From NCBI RefSeq assembly GCF_009914755.1, contig NC_060930.1: a DNA stretch of 64,000 nt. The stretch is one strand, 5' to 3'. Shown here in pieces: positions 29,241 to 42,797 of this stretch. The translations under genes were made by a program, and so were the position numbers. The notes under the pieces are model-generated. The model was not told where the DNA came from and did not search any database. It worked only from the letters and a program-made list of their open reading frames with translations. This stretch comes from the human T2T-CHM13v2.0 reference genome, Homo sapiens. The stretch's first letter is position 1. Each line of letters opens with the position of its first letter.

Positions 29241-30161
29241 ACAAGATAGTCAAGCTAAGGACTCACGCATTAAGCTTGCTCATGAACCTTGTCAGATGAT
29301 CCACCCAGAATCTGTGTATGGTCTGACTAGTAAAAGGCTTTCCCTGCAGAAATCAGTCCACAAAGACTGAAATAGGTGCCTATTTCTTCAAATACATCAA
29401 CAAAATGGAATCCCACAATGATCAAAAATAATCAAGATACAACCTTAAAAAACAAAAGCACATGTAACCAACCTTAAACAAATAGAGATTTAGGAACTGC
29501 CTGACAAAGAATTTTTAAAATTATATAGAGAATCTCAGTAAGCACCAAGAAAACACAGAAGAACAATTAAACTAAATCAGGAAGACAGTACACAAACAAA
29601 ATGAGAAGTTCAACAGAGATAGAAACCATAAAAAAGGACTAAGTAATAACAGAAAGGAAATATTCCATAGAGAATTTTAACAGCATATTTGATCGAGTAG
29701 AAAAAAACAATAAATGCACATGAAGACAGGTCATTTGAAATTGTCCTGCCAGAGGAAAAAAAAAGAAAAAGAAAATGATAAGTAATGAAGAAAGCTTATG
29801 AGACTTATGGACAACATCAGATGAAACAATATATGAATTATGAGAGTTCCAGAAGTATAAGAGGAGAAGAGGAAAGAAAGTTTATTTAAAGAAACCATGA
29901 CAGAAAACTTCTCAACTGTGGAGTGGAAAATGAGCAAGCAGATCAATGAAGGCCAAAGACTCCTAATAGATGACATATAGAGATCTTTACCAAGACATTA
30001 TGATTTAACTCTCAGAAGTCAAAAACAAAAAAATAATTTTGAAAGGAGAAAGATAAAAGCAACAAAGATTTCTCAGCACAAACTCTACAGGCAAGGAGAA
30101 GATGGGATGATATATTTAAAGAGCTGAACAACACAACAACAAAATGCTAATGTATACCCAG

Positions 30162-30529
30162 TGTATTAGTCCATTTTCACACTGCTATAAAGAGACTCCA
30201 TGAGACTAGACAATTTATAAGCAAAAGAGGTTTAACTGATTCACAGTTCCACATAGCTGGGGAGGCCTCAGGAAACTTACAATCACGGCAGATGAAGAGG
30301 TAGCAACACACGTCTTTGCAAGGTGGCAGGAAAAAGAGAGAATGAAGGAGGAACTGCCAAACACTTTTAAAACCATCAGCTTTTATGAGAACTCACTCAC
30401 TATCAAGAGAGCAACATGAGAGAAAGCATCCCCATGATCCAATCACCTCCCACCAGTTACCTCCCTTGACATATGGGGATTACAATTTGAGATGAGATTT
30501 GGGTAAGGACACAAAGCCAAACCATATCA
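30162..30529 (-). mobile_element. THE1D-like MaLR solo LTR
   Basis: tgtattagtccattttcacactgctataaag...acacaaagccaaaccatatca, 368 bp, 5-bp TSD cccag/cccaa. Confidence 0.9.
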
Positions 30530-30754
30530 CCCAACAAGGCTATCCTTCAGAAATGAAGAGATAAGGATTTTCCCAAACAAAAGCTGTGGGAATTCATAAG
30601 AACTATACCTTTATTGCAATACTAAAGGTAATTCTTCAAGCTGAAGTGAAACAACTCCAACTAACAACATAAACCCATAGGAAATTATAGGACTCACTGT
30701 AAACTTAAGAATATAGTCAAATTCAGAGTAGAAATTTAATGGTGGTATGTAAAT

Positions 30755-31617
30755 CTTTTTATATTTTTTAATTGACATAAAATTGTATCTATTTGCCATG
30801 TACAAAATATTGTTTTGAAATATATATACATTATGGAATGACTATATCTAGCTAAGATATGCATTATCTCACGTAATTATCATTTTGTTATGAGAACACT
30901 TTACATCAATTATCTTAGAATTTTTCAAGACTACAATAAACTGTTAACTATAGTCACCATGTTATACAATAGATCTCTTGAACTTATTCCTCCTATATAA
31001 CAAATTTTGTATCCTTTAACCAACATCCCCCCAACACCACCCCAACAACCTCAGCCTCAGGTAATCACCATTCTACTCTCTAGTTCAATGAAGCCAACTT
31101 TTTTACATTCCACATATTAGCGAGATTATGCAGAATTTGTCTTTCTGTGCCTAACTTAGTTCACATAACATAATGTCCTCTGGTTCTATCCATGTTGTCA
31201 CAAATGACAAAATTTTATTTTTTTAATGGCTGAATAGTATTTTTTGTGTACATATATCATATTTTATTTACCATTCATTTATTGATGAACACAACACTTA
31301 GGCTGATTTCATATATTGGCTATTGTGAATAATATTGCAATAAAAATGGCAGTATAGATACCTCTTAGACATACTGATTTTATTTCCTTTGAATATATAT
31401 CCAGTATGAGACAGCTGGATCATATGGTAGTTCTATTTTTATTTTTTGTAGGAACCACCATACTAATCTCCATATGGCTATACTAATTTACAGTCCCAAC
31501 AACAGTGTTTGAGGATTCCCTTTTTTCCACCTCCTCATTAACATTTGTTATCTTTAGTCTTTTTTATAGTAACCATTCTAACAGATGTGAGGTGATATCA
31601 CATTGTGGTTTTAATTT
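30755..31617 (-). mobile_element. L1MA5-7-like 3' fragment inserted antisense in the host L1
   Basis: ttttaattgacataaaattgtat...aactatagtcaccatgttatacaatagatctcttgaacttattcctcct...cattgtggttttaattt. Confidence 0.85.
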
Positions 31618-34190
31618 TAAGGTTAAGTGACCATGTATTGAAAACAATAACAGTTAAAAAATTTTAAGGAATATGCAATATAAAAAATGTAAATCATAAA
31701 ATTGAAAACTAAAAATGAGAGGAGAGTTGAGTGAAGGTACAGAGTTTTTATTATCAAATTTGCCATCAGCTTAAAAAAAAATGTTACAAGATGTTATTTG
31801 AATGCCTCATGGTAACCACAAAGTAAAATTTGTAATTGATAAACAAAAAATAAAAAGCAAAGAATTGAAACATACCACTAGGGAAAATCACTTAGTCATA
31901 AAAGAAGACAGCAATAGAGGAACAAAGAAATAAGAGATCTACAAAACAACTAGAAAAACAATTAACAAAATGGCAGCAGTAAGTTGTGATCTAATAATAA
32001 TACCTTTGTATTGGTATTATGGATTAAATTATCTAATCTAATGACATAAAGTGGGAGAATGGATTAAAAAAAATAGGACCCAACTATATGCTGCCTACAA
32101 AAGACTCACTGCACCTGTAAAAACACACATAGACAAAAAGTAAGGTGATGTGAACAGATATTTCATGCAAATGGAAACCAAGAGAGAATAGAAGTACCCA
32201 TACTTATGACAGATAAAATAAACTTGAAGTCAAATACTGTAAAAAGAAACAAAGAAAGTCATTATATAATAATAAAGGGGTCAATTCATCAAGATGATAT
32301 AAAAATTTTAAGCATATATGCATTCGACATCGGTGAAACTAAACATATAGAGCAAGTATTAACAGAATTAGATGAAGAAATAGAAAGCAATACGATAATA
32401 CTAGGGTACTTTAATACCTCACTTTTAACTATGTGTAGATCATCAAGACAGACAAACAATAAGGAAGAAGCAGACTTGAATAATGCTACAGATGAAATAA
32501 ACCTAACAGCCTTATACAGAACATTCCATCCAAAAGTACTAGAATACACATTCTTTTCAAGTGCACACAGAACATTCCCTAATAGAGGTCATATGTTAGG
32601 CCACAAAGCAAGCCTTAGCAAATTTAATAAGACAAATCACATCAAGTCATGTCAGGTATCTTATCTGATCATAGTTGTATAAAACTAGAAATCAATAACA
32701 GAAAGAACATGAGAAAATCCACAAGTGCATGAAAATTAAACAACATGTCCCTGGACAACAAATAGGTCAATGAAAAAATTAAAAAGGAAATTTAAAAAAT
32801 TCTGGATACAAACAGATATGGACACACAATATAGCAAAACCTTCAGGATACATCAAAAGTAGTCCTAAGAGGGGAGTTTATAGTGATAAACACCTACATC
32901 TAAAAAGAAGAAAGATCTCAAGTAAACAACCAAATATTACATCTCAATGAACTAGAATAAAAAAGAGCAAACTAAGCCCAAAGTCAGCAGAAGAAAAGAA
33001 ATATTAGAGCATAAATAAATAAAATAATAGATAAAAAAGAAAAATAAATGACAGAGCTGGTCTTTTGAAAAGATAAACAAAATCAACAAATCTTTATCTA
33101 GATCAAGAAAAAAGGAGACTATATCAATAAAATCATAAATGAAAGAGGAGATATTATGCCTGATACCACTAAATACAAAGAATCATAAGAGACTACTTTG
33201 AACAACTGTACGATAACACATTTGATAACCTAGAAGAAATTGATAAATTCCTAGAAATATACAACCTACCAAGACCAAGTCTTAAAAAAATAGAAAATCT
33301 CAACAGACCAATAAAAGTAAAGGCATTGAACCAGTAATCAAAAACCTCCCAAAAAAGAAAAGTCTACAACTAAATAGCTTCATAGCCGAATTCTACCAAA
33401 CATTCAAAGAAGTAATGCCCATGCTGCTCAAAAATTTGAAGAAGAGGGAATATTTTGGAAGTCATTTTGTGAGGACAGTGTTACCCCAATACAATTCCAG
33501 AAAGAGACATTGCAAGAGAAGAACATTATACGTCAATATCACTGATTAACATAGATTTAAAAATTATCACAAATACTAGCACATTAAAAGGATCACATAT
33601 CATGAACAAGCAGGATTTATCCCTGGATTGCAGGGATGGTTGTTACACATATGTACATCAATAAATGGAATACACCGCATAAACATAAGAAGAAGAAAAA
33701 AACACAGTCATCTGAATAGATGCAGAAAAAGTGTTTGACAAAATTCGACATCCTTTCATGACAAAAATAAACTTTTAAACTTTCAACAAATTAGGTATTT
33801 AGGAATGTATCTCAACCTAATAAAGGCCATATATGACAGGCCAACAGCTAACATCATATCTCAATGGTCAAAAGCTGAAAGCTTTTCTCTAAGATTAATA
33901 AAAGACAAGGAGGCCCACCTCACAACTTCTATTCAATAGGATAGAAGTCCTAGCCAGAGCAATTGGGAAAGAAAAAGAAATAAACAGCATTCAAACTGAA
34001 ATAAAAGTAATAAAATTGTGTCTGTTTACTTATGACATGATCTTAATTAGAAAATTATAGACTGTACTGAAAAAACTGTTAAAACTAATAAATTCAGTAA
34101 ATTTGCAGCATACAAAATCAACAAACAAAATCAGTAGTGTTTCTATATACTAATAGTGAACTATCTAAAAAAATCAAGAAAACAATCCCA

Positions 34191-36660
34191 AGGAGGTTTC
34201 AACATATGCAAATCAATAAATGTGATACAACATATTCAACAGAATGAAGTATAAAAACCACATGCTCATTTCAACTAATGCTGAAAAAACATTTGATAAA
34301 ATACAAAATCCCTTCATGATAAAAAAAAACTCAAAAAAATTGGGTGCATACCTCAACATAATAAAAGCCATATAAGACATACCCACAACTAGTATCATAC
34401 TAAATGGGAAAAAACTGAAAGCCTTTCCTCTAAGATCTGGAACATGACAAGGATGCCCACTTTCACCACTGTTATTCCAGAGTACTGGAAGTCCTAGCTA
34501 GAGCAGTCAGACAAGAGAAGGAAATAAAGGGCATCTAAATTGGAATTTAAAAAGTCAAATTATCTTCATTGATAGATAATATAATATTGATATAATCTTA
34601 CACTTAGAAAAAACTAAAGACCACAAAAAACTGTTAGAACCGATAAATTCAGTAAAGTTGCAGGATACAAATCTACATACAAAAATCAGCAGCACTTCTG
34701 TATGCTAACAGTGAAAAATCTGAAAAAGAAATTTACAAATTGATTCCATTTACAATAGCCACACATAAAATTAAATACTTAGGAATTAACCAAAGAAGTG
34801 AAAGATCTCTATAATGAAAACTATAAAACACTGATGAAAGCAATTGAAGAGGACACGCACAAAAAATGGAAAGATATTCCATGTTCATGAATTGGAAGAA
34901 TCACTATTGTTAAAATGTCTATATTGCCCAAAGCAATCTATATATTCAATGTAACCCCTATCAAAATACCGATGACATTCTTCACAGAAATAGAAAAAAA
35001 AATCCTAAAATTTATATGCAACCACAAAAGACTCAGAATAGCCAAAGCTATCCTGAGTAAAATGAACAAAACTGGAGAGAATCACATTACCTGACTTCAA
35101 ATTATACTACAGAGCTGTAGTAACCAAAACAGCATGATACTGGTATACAAACAGACATATATGCCAATAGAACAGATAGAGAGCTCATAAACAAATCCGA
35201 ACACCTAAAGTAAACTCATTTTCGACAAAGGTGACAGGAACATACTTTGGGGAAAAGACAGTCTCTTCAATAAATGGTGCTGGGAAAACTGGATATCCCT
35301 GTGCAGAAAAATGAAACTAGATGCCTACCTCTCACCATATGCTAAAATCAAATCAAAATAGATTAAAAGCTTATATCAAAGTCCTCAAACTATGAAACTA
35401 CCACAAGAAGACATTGAAGAAAATCCCCAGGACATTGTTCTTGGCAAAAAATTTGTGCACAATACCCAAAAGCACAGGCAACCAAAGCAAAAATGGACAA
35501 ATGAGATCACATCAAGTTAAAAAGCTTCTACACAGCAAAGGAAAAAATCAACAAAGTGAAAAGACAACCCACAGAAAATATTTGCAAACCACCCATCTGA
35601 CAAGGGATTAATAACCAGAATATATAAGGAACTCAAACAACTCTATAGAAAAATTCTAACAATCTGATCAAAAATGGGCAAAATATCTGAGTAGACATTT
35701 CTTGAAAGAAGACATACAAATGGGAAATAGGTATATGAAAGAGTGCTCAACATCATTAACCATCAGAGAAATGCAAATCAAAACTACAATGAGATATCAT
35801 CTTACACCAGTAGAAATGGCTTATATTCAAGAGACAGGCAATAATAAATGCTTGTAAGAATGGGGAGAAAAGGGAACCCTCCTACACTGTTGGTGAGAAT
35901 GTAAATTAGTACAACCACTATGGAGAACAGTTTGAAGATTCTTCAAAATACCAAAAATAGAGTTACTATATGAACCTGCAATCCCACTACTGGGTATATA
36001 TCTAAAATGAAGGAAATCAGTGTATCAAAGAGATATCTGCACTCCCCCATATTTGTTGCAGCGCTGTTCACAATAGCTAAGATAGAAAATAACCTAAGTG
36101 TCAATTGGCAGATGAATGGCTAAAGAAAATGTGGTACATATACATAATAGAGTACTATTCAGCCATAAAAAAAAAATGAGATTCTGTCATTTGCAGCAAC
36201 ATGGATGGAACTGGAAATCATTATGCTAAGTGAAATAAGCCAGGCACAGAAAGACAAACATCGCATGTTGTCACCTATTTGTAGGATCTGAAACAATTAA
36301 ACTCATGGAGATAGAAAGTAGAAGGATGGTTAACAGAGGCTGGGAAAAGTAGTAGCAGGATGGGAGAGAAGTGGGGATGGTTAACGGGTACAAAAAATAG
36401 AAAGAATGGATCAAATCTAGTATTTGATAGCACAACAAAGGGTGACTATAGTCAATGATATATTAATTGTATATTTTAAAATAACTAAAAGAGTGCAACT
36501 GGATTTGCAACACAAAGTATAAATGCTTGAGGTGATGGATACCCCATTCTCTGGGATATAATTGTTACACATTACATTCCTGTATGTATTGAAACATCTC
36601 ATGTACCATAAAATGTATACATCCACAAAATTAAAAATAAAAAAATTATAAAAATAAATA
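34191..36660 (+). mobile_element. L1MA2/3-like 5'-truncated element nested in the same orientation
   Basis: ORF2 restarts at tttcaacatatgcaaatcaataaatgtg and runs to an L1MA2-type 3'UTR and A-rich tail. Confidence 0.8.
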
Positions 36661-37714
36661 AACTATGAGATATCACTTCAACAGTGTTAGAATATCCATT
36701 AGCAACAAGATAAAAGGTAAATGTTTTAGATGGTGTTGAGAAAAGCTGGACGATATTATGCTAAGTGAAATAAGCCAGACACAGAAAGACAAATATCTCC
36801 TGAGCTCTCTTATATGTGGAATCAAAACTAACTCATAGAAGCCTGGAGTAAAATGGCAGTTGCCAAGGGCTTGTTGGGGAAGAAGTGCATGGGGAGATGT
36901 TGGTCAAAAGACACAGAGTTTCATTAGACAGGAATAATAAATCTGAAGATCTGTTGCATAGCATGGTGACTATAGTTTAATCATAAATTATTATATACTT
37001 GAAAATTGCTGATAGTAGATATTAAATGTTCTTACCACATACAGACACACAAAGATTAAGTATCAGGTTCTGTATATTTTAATTAGCTAAATTAATCATT
37101 TCCCAATATATACATGTTTCAAAATATCACTTTGTGCACTGTAAATATATACAATTGTATCTATCAATTATATGTTATTAATGCATACATAATTGAGTGG
37201 AAAGAGAGAAATATAGAAACATTTAATAATTACCCCAACTCTAAAAGATGTGATTTTATATGGGACTCAATATGTCCAATTGCAGCTTTGACTAAATCTA
37301 GCTTTACAATACTCATTATTTGTTTTTTGCTTTTTAAACAATAGTTGGAATATTCTACTAATTGATCACCTATTTCGAATATGGCAATCTTCCCACTCAC
37401 TTTATCATCTGAACTTGCTACCTGGTCAGGTGTTAATTAAACAGTGTGGCCATGCAAATGAAAAGCAAATTTGGCAGCTTTTAACATACATCAAAAATAA
37501 TGTTATGGAAACCCAAAGTTCAAGCAAAGTACTAGGTTTATATGCCCATCTGTTATTGTTCACAGCCATAATTGAGTTGCTTTCCAGTTTTTGCAACTTA
37601 CTTGAGCTCAGAGTAACAATCAGAGACCTAAATAGTTTCAATTTATAGAAACTGTCATCTACAAAACAATCCATTTTTTTCCATAAACTTCCCCCCCATC
37701 TTTAAATGTGCAAA

Positions 37715-37930
37715 AAAAAAGATGGGTTTTGAATTCAATAATCCTTGGGTTGGAATTCCTCCATCTGTTAGCTAAGTATGTGGATTAGAAGGCTATTTAC
37801 TCTCTGAAACTAAGTTTTGTCACCTGCAAAATAATGTAATAAGCAATTAAATGAGATGAGGTATACCAAGCACTTAGCACAATACAGGACATATACGAAC
37901 ACTGTTAATATTTGCTATTTTTATTATTAT
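37715..37930 (+). mobile_element. MIR SINE
   Basis: ctctctgaaactaagttttgtcacctgcaaaataa...aattaaatgagatgaggtataccaagcacttagcacaa. Confidence 0.75.
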
Positions 37931-40500
37931 TATGTATTTCTTCCAACATGCTGCAAGAGTTGTAAACAAATATATACTAAGGCGTATTTGTTCTCTGAGG
38001 GCTTAGGATAAAAAGTACATATGTAAAGTATTTAGAAATAATTATTTCAGTTGTATAAATGCCTTACATTTTTGTTATATTTCAAGAATTTCTATAAATA
38101 TTTCAAGAATTATAAATATCACTGTCTTCATTTTACATGTGTGAATATTAAGAATTAGAGAATAAGTATGCTGAAAATAGTATTGCCTATCAAGTATTCT
38201 TTCCACAGCAGTATGCTACTACTAACTCCTAAGAAAGAAGCAAATTCTACAAGGCACATGTTTTCATTTGTAAAATAAATATCTGTTATTGGCATCACCG
38301 TGGGCTGAAATATAGGTGGGGAAGATTTCGTGGAAGAGGTGGCAAAGAATGTGCCTGGAAGTATCAAGTAAGTATATGAGAGAAACAAGACATACCAATG
38401 AGTATTTAAAACATGACCAAAAGCAAAAGGGGAAAAAACAAGGTGCCTCAAGCATGGGATAAAGAAGACACTAGATGTGGAGGACACATATTGATGAGTT
38501 GTGGGGAAAAAAAAGATAGTTACGTTAAAACAGTTAGTGTATAACCTCAAATTTCATAGTATGAAGGAGATTCTACTAGCACAGAGAATTTTTAGTTTGG
38601 AGAAATGAGTGACACGATGATAGAGGGTGGGGTTAAAACTTCTATTTCTAGATGATGCCTTCAGTGTGTTTTAATGCAGAATCTGCAATACTTTATGTTG
38701 AGGACCATATTGACATGACATAATGTGATTATATTATCAGTAAAGAAAATAAAATGCTATCCAAACTAATTTTCCCTCTATCACTCCTTCCTTCTTCCAT
38801 CATTAGATGGCATATTCTTGACATTTAATTTATAGCATAAAGTGAGCAAATTTTCTTTGGTCACAGCTTATAAATGTCTGAGGATATTGTTTCTTATTAA
38901 TTTTTTAAAGATAGTTTCCAAAAAAAAAATGCACGCCTCTTGGTTGTGAGAAAACTTTTTAGTTGCTTTAAATAAACCATGTTAGCGAGAAAAATGGCCA
39001 CATACAGTCACAATTCTGCATCGTTCAGTGTCATATTGAGTCCAGCTTCCATCTCTCAGTATAGATTTCTGTTACATTCCTCCTAAGATTTCTTTTTTTT
39101 TTTGTAAGAACACTAAAGAAGTAGCTGTGACTCCACTTGTCTTCTGAAAAACTCCTTAAAATACCTCACAATTGGAAACATATTTGCTATTGACAGAAAA
39201 TAACTTGCATGATCCTCCCTAAAAGGAATCACTGTACTTCTTATCTAACTTATCCAGGTTGTTAGGAAACATCTTTGAAATTCAAATTACCTGATGCAAA
39301 TTATCTAGTAAATTTTGCCATTTTTTACAAGTAAAATTGATCCTGCTTTAACATAACCTTGAATTTTGAAATCACCCACAAATAACTATTTTATAAACTC
39401 CACTAAGACAACCATTTAGACATAATTCCCTTCACTTTGGAATGACCCCTAGTATTCTTGTTTAAACAAGCAAAAATAAAACAAAAAACTGTATCACCAA
39501 ATTAGAATACAATTTGTGTTCTTGTTAATCTCTTAAAGATAAATCAGGCTTCCTCTTCTAAGATCCAAGAAAGTCTTAGAGAGTGATGGGCATAAAACAT
39601 TACTGGAGACTTGAGTACTCAGAGAATACCATCTTATAGTCACTTATACTGTCTAGCAGGCTTGCTCAAACTTTTGGAATATTGGTGAGATTACAAAGCA
39701 TCGCAAAACATAAATGTTGAAATACTTGCACTAAAAAAAAAATGATTTAAGAAACTCCAGCTCCCACAAATTTTGTAGGTCAGAGGAAGACCCTCATTTT
39801 TATAAGAATTTTTCTTCTGAAAAGTTTTAAATCTAATTAATTACAGCAGATTAAATCCCTTATAAATATTAAGGTCATAAAACTAAAGCTGATAACCATG
39901 TTATACTTTGTGAATTCCCAACTATGTATTAGAAATGTTTAAGTACATCATAGGTTCTATTCACAATGGATAAATATATGGAATCATTATACCTAGAAAA
40001 ATTTCTGTCTGTGTGTTTGTCTATTTGTGGGAAGACAGGGTAGGAAACACTTAGAAGAAGAACATTGCATGGATTAAAAGAAGATATGACTTTTTTGATA
40101 TTCTTTTCTTATAACAGGTGAATGGGGGAAATGGAATAAAAGGTCACTGGGCGGTAGAGTTGATCTTTTCCACTGCAGGTTAGATGGCAGGCATAGGCTT
40201 TGTTTTGCAATTCTGGCTACAAAACTAGTATTGAGGCCAATACTAGTAGTCAGCCAGAACTACTTCCATTCAGATAGTTGAGCAAAATCTGATTCTGCTC
40301 AAAAGCAGATGTTATACATTTTTTGTTTATTTTATACATGACTTACAGGCTATTTTTCCATGTGGTGGTTGGGGAAGAAATAAAGACTTCTAATATCATT
40401 TCTTATCTTGACCAAATAAAAAAAATTTTTAAGGGAGATAATCCAGGACTTCATAGTGAAGAAAAGAAGGGCAATACCAGGCAATACTGTCTTAAATCTG

Positions 40501-40536
<36 letters not shown>

Positions 40537-40548
40537 ATCTATCTATCT
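40501..40548. repeat. (TATC)n microsatellite
   Basis: About 9 perfect TATC units followed by interrupted units. Confidence 0.97.
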
Positions 40549-40714
40549 TTTCATCTACATGTATATCCCTTTACATAGGCACGTTTTAATTTTTAGTAGT
40601 TTGTAGTGCCCACCACATTTCCACACTCAAGTAAATTATATAAAATATTTCATTAAATGTAAACTACTTTTATTCTCCTTTTGTTAAATCCATTGCCTTA
40701 GTTCATTTTTTTCT

Positions 40715-41145
40715 CCTAAAGCAAACTTGAGAGCAAGTAGTTTACTTTGGAGGCTACTGAGGAACTATAACTGAAGGAGTAGAAGAATTGAGAGAGTAAA
40801 GGGAGAAAAATCAATCAAACATATGTTAACTTATCATCCTGGGCAGATGAACTTAATCCCTCTAAGAATTCTATGAAGAACCATAGAGACTGAGCTTCAG
40901 AATTATACCACTACAGAATGAAAGTTGTTATCTACTGACTTTGTAACCGCATTAAAGTTTACTCCTAAGAAAGTTAGCTCTTCTTTATTTAACAGATTAC
41001 ATGGAACTGTTGAGTGGTATTGGTAGTGTCTGACAAAGGAAAGTCTGCAGTTTTCACATGGAAGCTAGAAAGTACAGGGAACTGTCCACCACAGCTGTGC
41101 TGAAATCCAGGAATGTAGTGCAGTGCAGCACAAGTGCCTGCCACA
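40715..41145 (-). mobile_element. LTR16C-like ERVL solo LTR
   Basis: gagagcaagtagtttactttggagg...gggagaaaaatcaat...gcttcagaatt...ends gcctgccaca. Confidence 0.6.
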
Positions 41146-41149
41146 ACTG

Positions 41150-41172
41150 TTTTGTTGTTGTTGTTGTTGTTG
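41150..41172. repeat. (TTG)n microsatellite
   Basis: Direct reading. Confidence 0.9.
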
Positions 41173-41239
41173 CCATTATTTATTTTTAATAATGATGTAT
41201 TTATATATGTCATTCAATTTCTAAGTATGTTCATTTTAA

Positions 41240-41470
41240 AGTTACCCAGATCTGCAATGAAATCCTGGTTTGGCATTGACAACCTATATGACTTTTAACA
41301 AGTTACCAAATCTTTCTGAATCTCTGTTTCATAATCTGTAAAATGATACTAAAAAATTGTGCTAACAATAGTACCCACCTCTTTAAAATTGTGAAAAAGA
41401 AATGACATATCATGTAAACAACTCTCAATTCACTGTTTGGGAGAGAATAATTACTCATCATTATTATCCC
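41240..41470 (+). mobile_element. MIR SINE
   Basis: aagttaccaaatctttctgaatctctgtttcataatctgtaaaatg...aatagtacccacctc. Confidence 0.75.
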
Positions 41471-41587
41471 ATGTTATGTCTAAGATGGATGCAGGAGTTT
41501 CAAATCAGTCAGACTTAGTGTTAAATAACGGCTCATTGGTTGTGTGACTTTCAAAAAGCAATTTAACACTTTGAATTACTAACCCCT

Positions 41588-42512
41588 TTACCTAATTTCA
41601 AAATGCATTACAAAGCTATAGTAATCAAAATAGCATGGTACTGGAATAAAAACTGACATATAGACCAATGTAATAGAATATAGAGCCCAGAAATACATCC
41701 AGACATTTTCAGTGAAATAATTTTCTGCAAAGTGCCAAGAACGCACAATGGGGAAAGGACAGTTTCCTCAATAAATGGTGTTGGGAAAACTGAATACTCA
41801 TAAGCATATGAACAAAATTAGATCCTTACCTCTCACCATATGAAAGATCAATTTAAATGGATTAAAGAGTTAACTGTAAAACTCAAAACTATGAAATTGC
41901 TAGAAATAAAACATAGGGAAAAAGCACCATGACATGGGTCTGGGCTATAATTTTTTTGGACAACACCTCAAAAGCACAGACAACAAAAGCAAAAATAGAC
42001 AAATGGACAAATGGGATACATCAGCATAAAAAGCTTCTGCACAGCAATAAAAACAATCATCAGACTGAAGACACGACCTACAGGACAGGAGAAAATATTT
42101 GCAAACTATATACTGATAAGGGGTTAATATCCAAAATATAAAAAGAACTCAACTCGATAGCAAAAAAAAGAACATAATTTTAAAAAGCGCAAAATACCTA
42201 AATAGACATTTCTCAAAAGACATGTGAATGACCAACAGCTATATGAAAAAATACTCAACATCAGTAATCATCAAGGAAATGCAAATGAAACCACAATGAA
42301 ATATTATTAACCTCACTTTAGTTAAAATGGCTATTATCAAAAAGACAAAAGATAACAAGTGTCAGTGATAATGTAGAGAAAAGCAAACCCTTAAACACTG
42401 TTGATGGGAATGTAAATTAATACAATCATTATGAAAAAACAAATGGCTTTTTCTATAGAAAAAGCTGCAACAAAATCAAAATATAACTACAATATGATCC
42501 AACAATCCCACT
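41588..42512 (+). mobile_element. L1MA-type internal ORF2 fragment inside a MIR
   Basis: tacaaagctatagtaatcaaaatagcatggtactgg...caataaatggtgttgggaaaactg...tatgatccaacaatcccact; no 3'UTR or poly(A). Confidence 0.85.
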
Positions 42513-42797
42513 AAAATGTAATAAAATACGAATTTTATAAGCTTGTTGTGACAAATAGTTAAGATATTGCAGATAACATTTTACATGTAAATCAAATAGC
42601 CTGGTCCATAGTGGGCAGTCAGTAGATATTAGTTGTCTTTCTCTTTCCCTCTGCTGCAGTATTCATTAATTTGTACATTCGTACATTACACACCCATTCA
42701 ATAATGCTAGTCTCTGGGATTATAAAGACGTGATATTGTTTATTTTTTAATTGGAAATAGTTCACAGCCTAGTGGGACGCATATAAACATAAGAAAA

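Larger units (their letters stand above)
28395..37180 (+). mobile_element. Near full-length decayed L1MA8/9-like element (host of nested insertions)
   Basis: Repetitive 5'UTR (28.4-29.3 kb), ORF1 remnants (29.4-30.75 kb), ORF2 from ~31970 (EN motifs ILGYFNTSL, LYRTFHP) to 34190, then ORF2 end and 3'UTR 36660-37180. Confidence 0.8.

Noticed and set aside
28749-29249. 166-aa Pro/Thr-rich ORF with 9-aa periodicity
   Set aside because: Product of the ~27-bp tandem array in the L1M 5'UTR; no evidence of a gene
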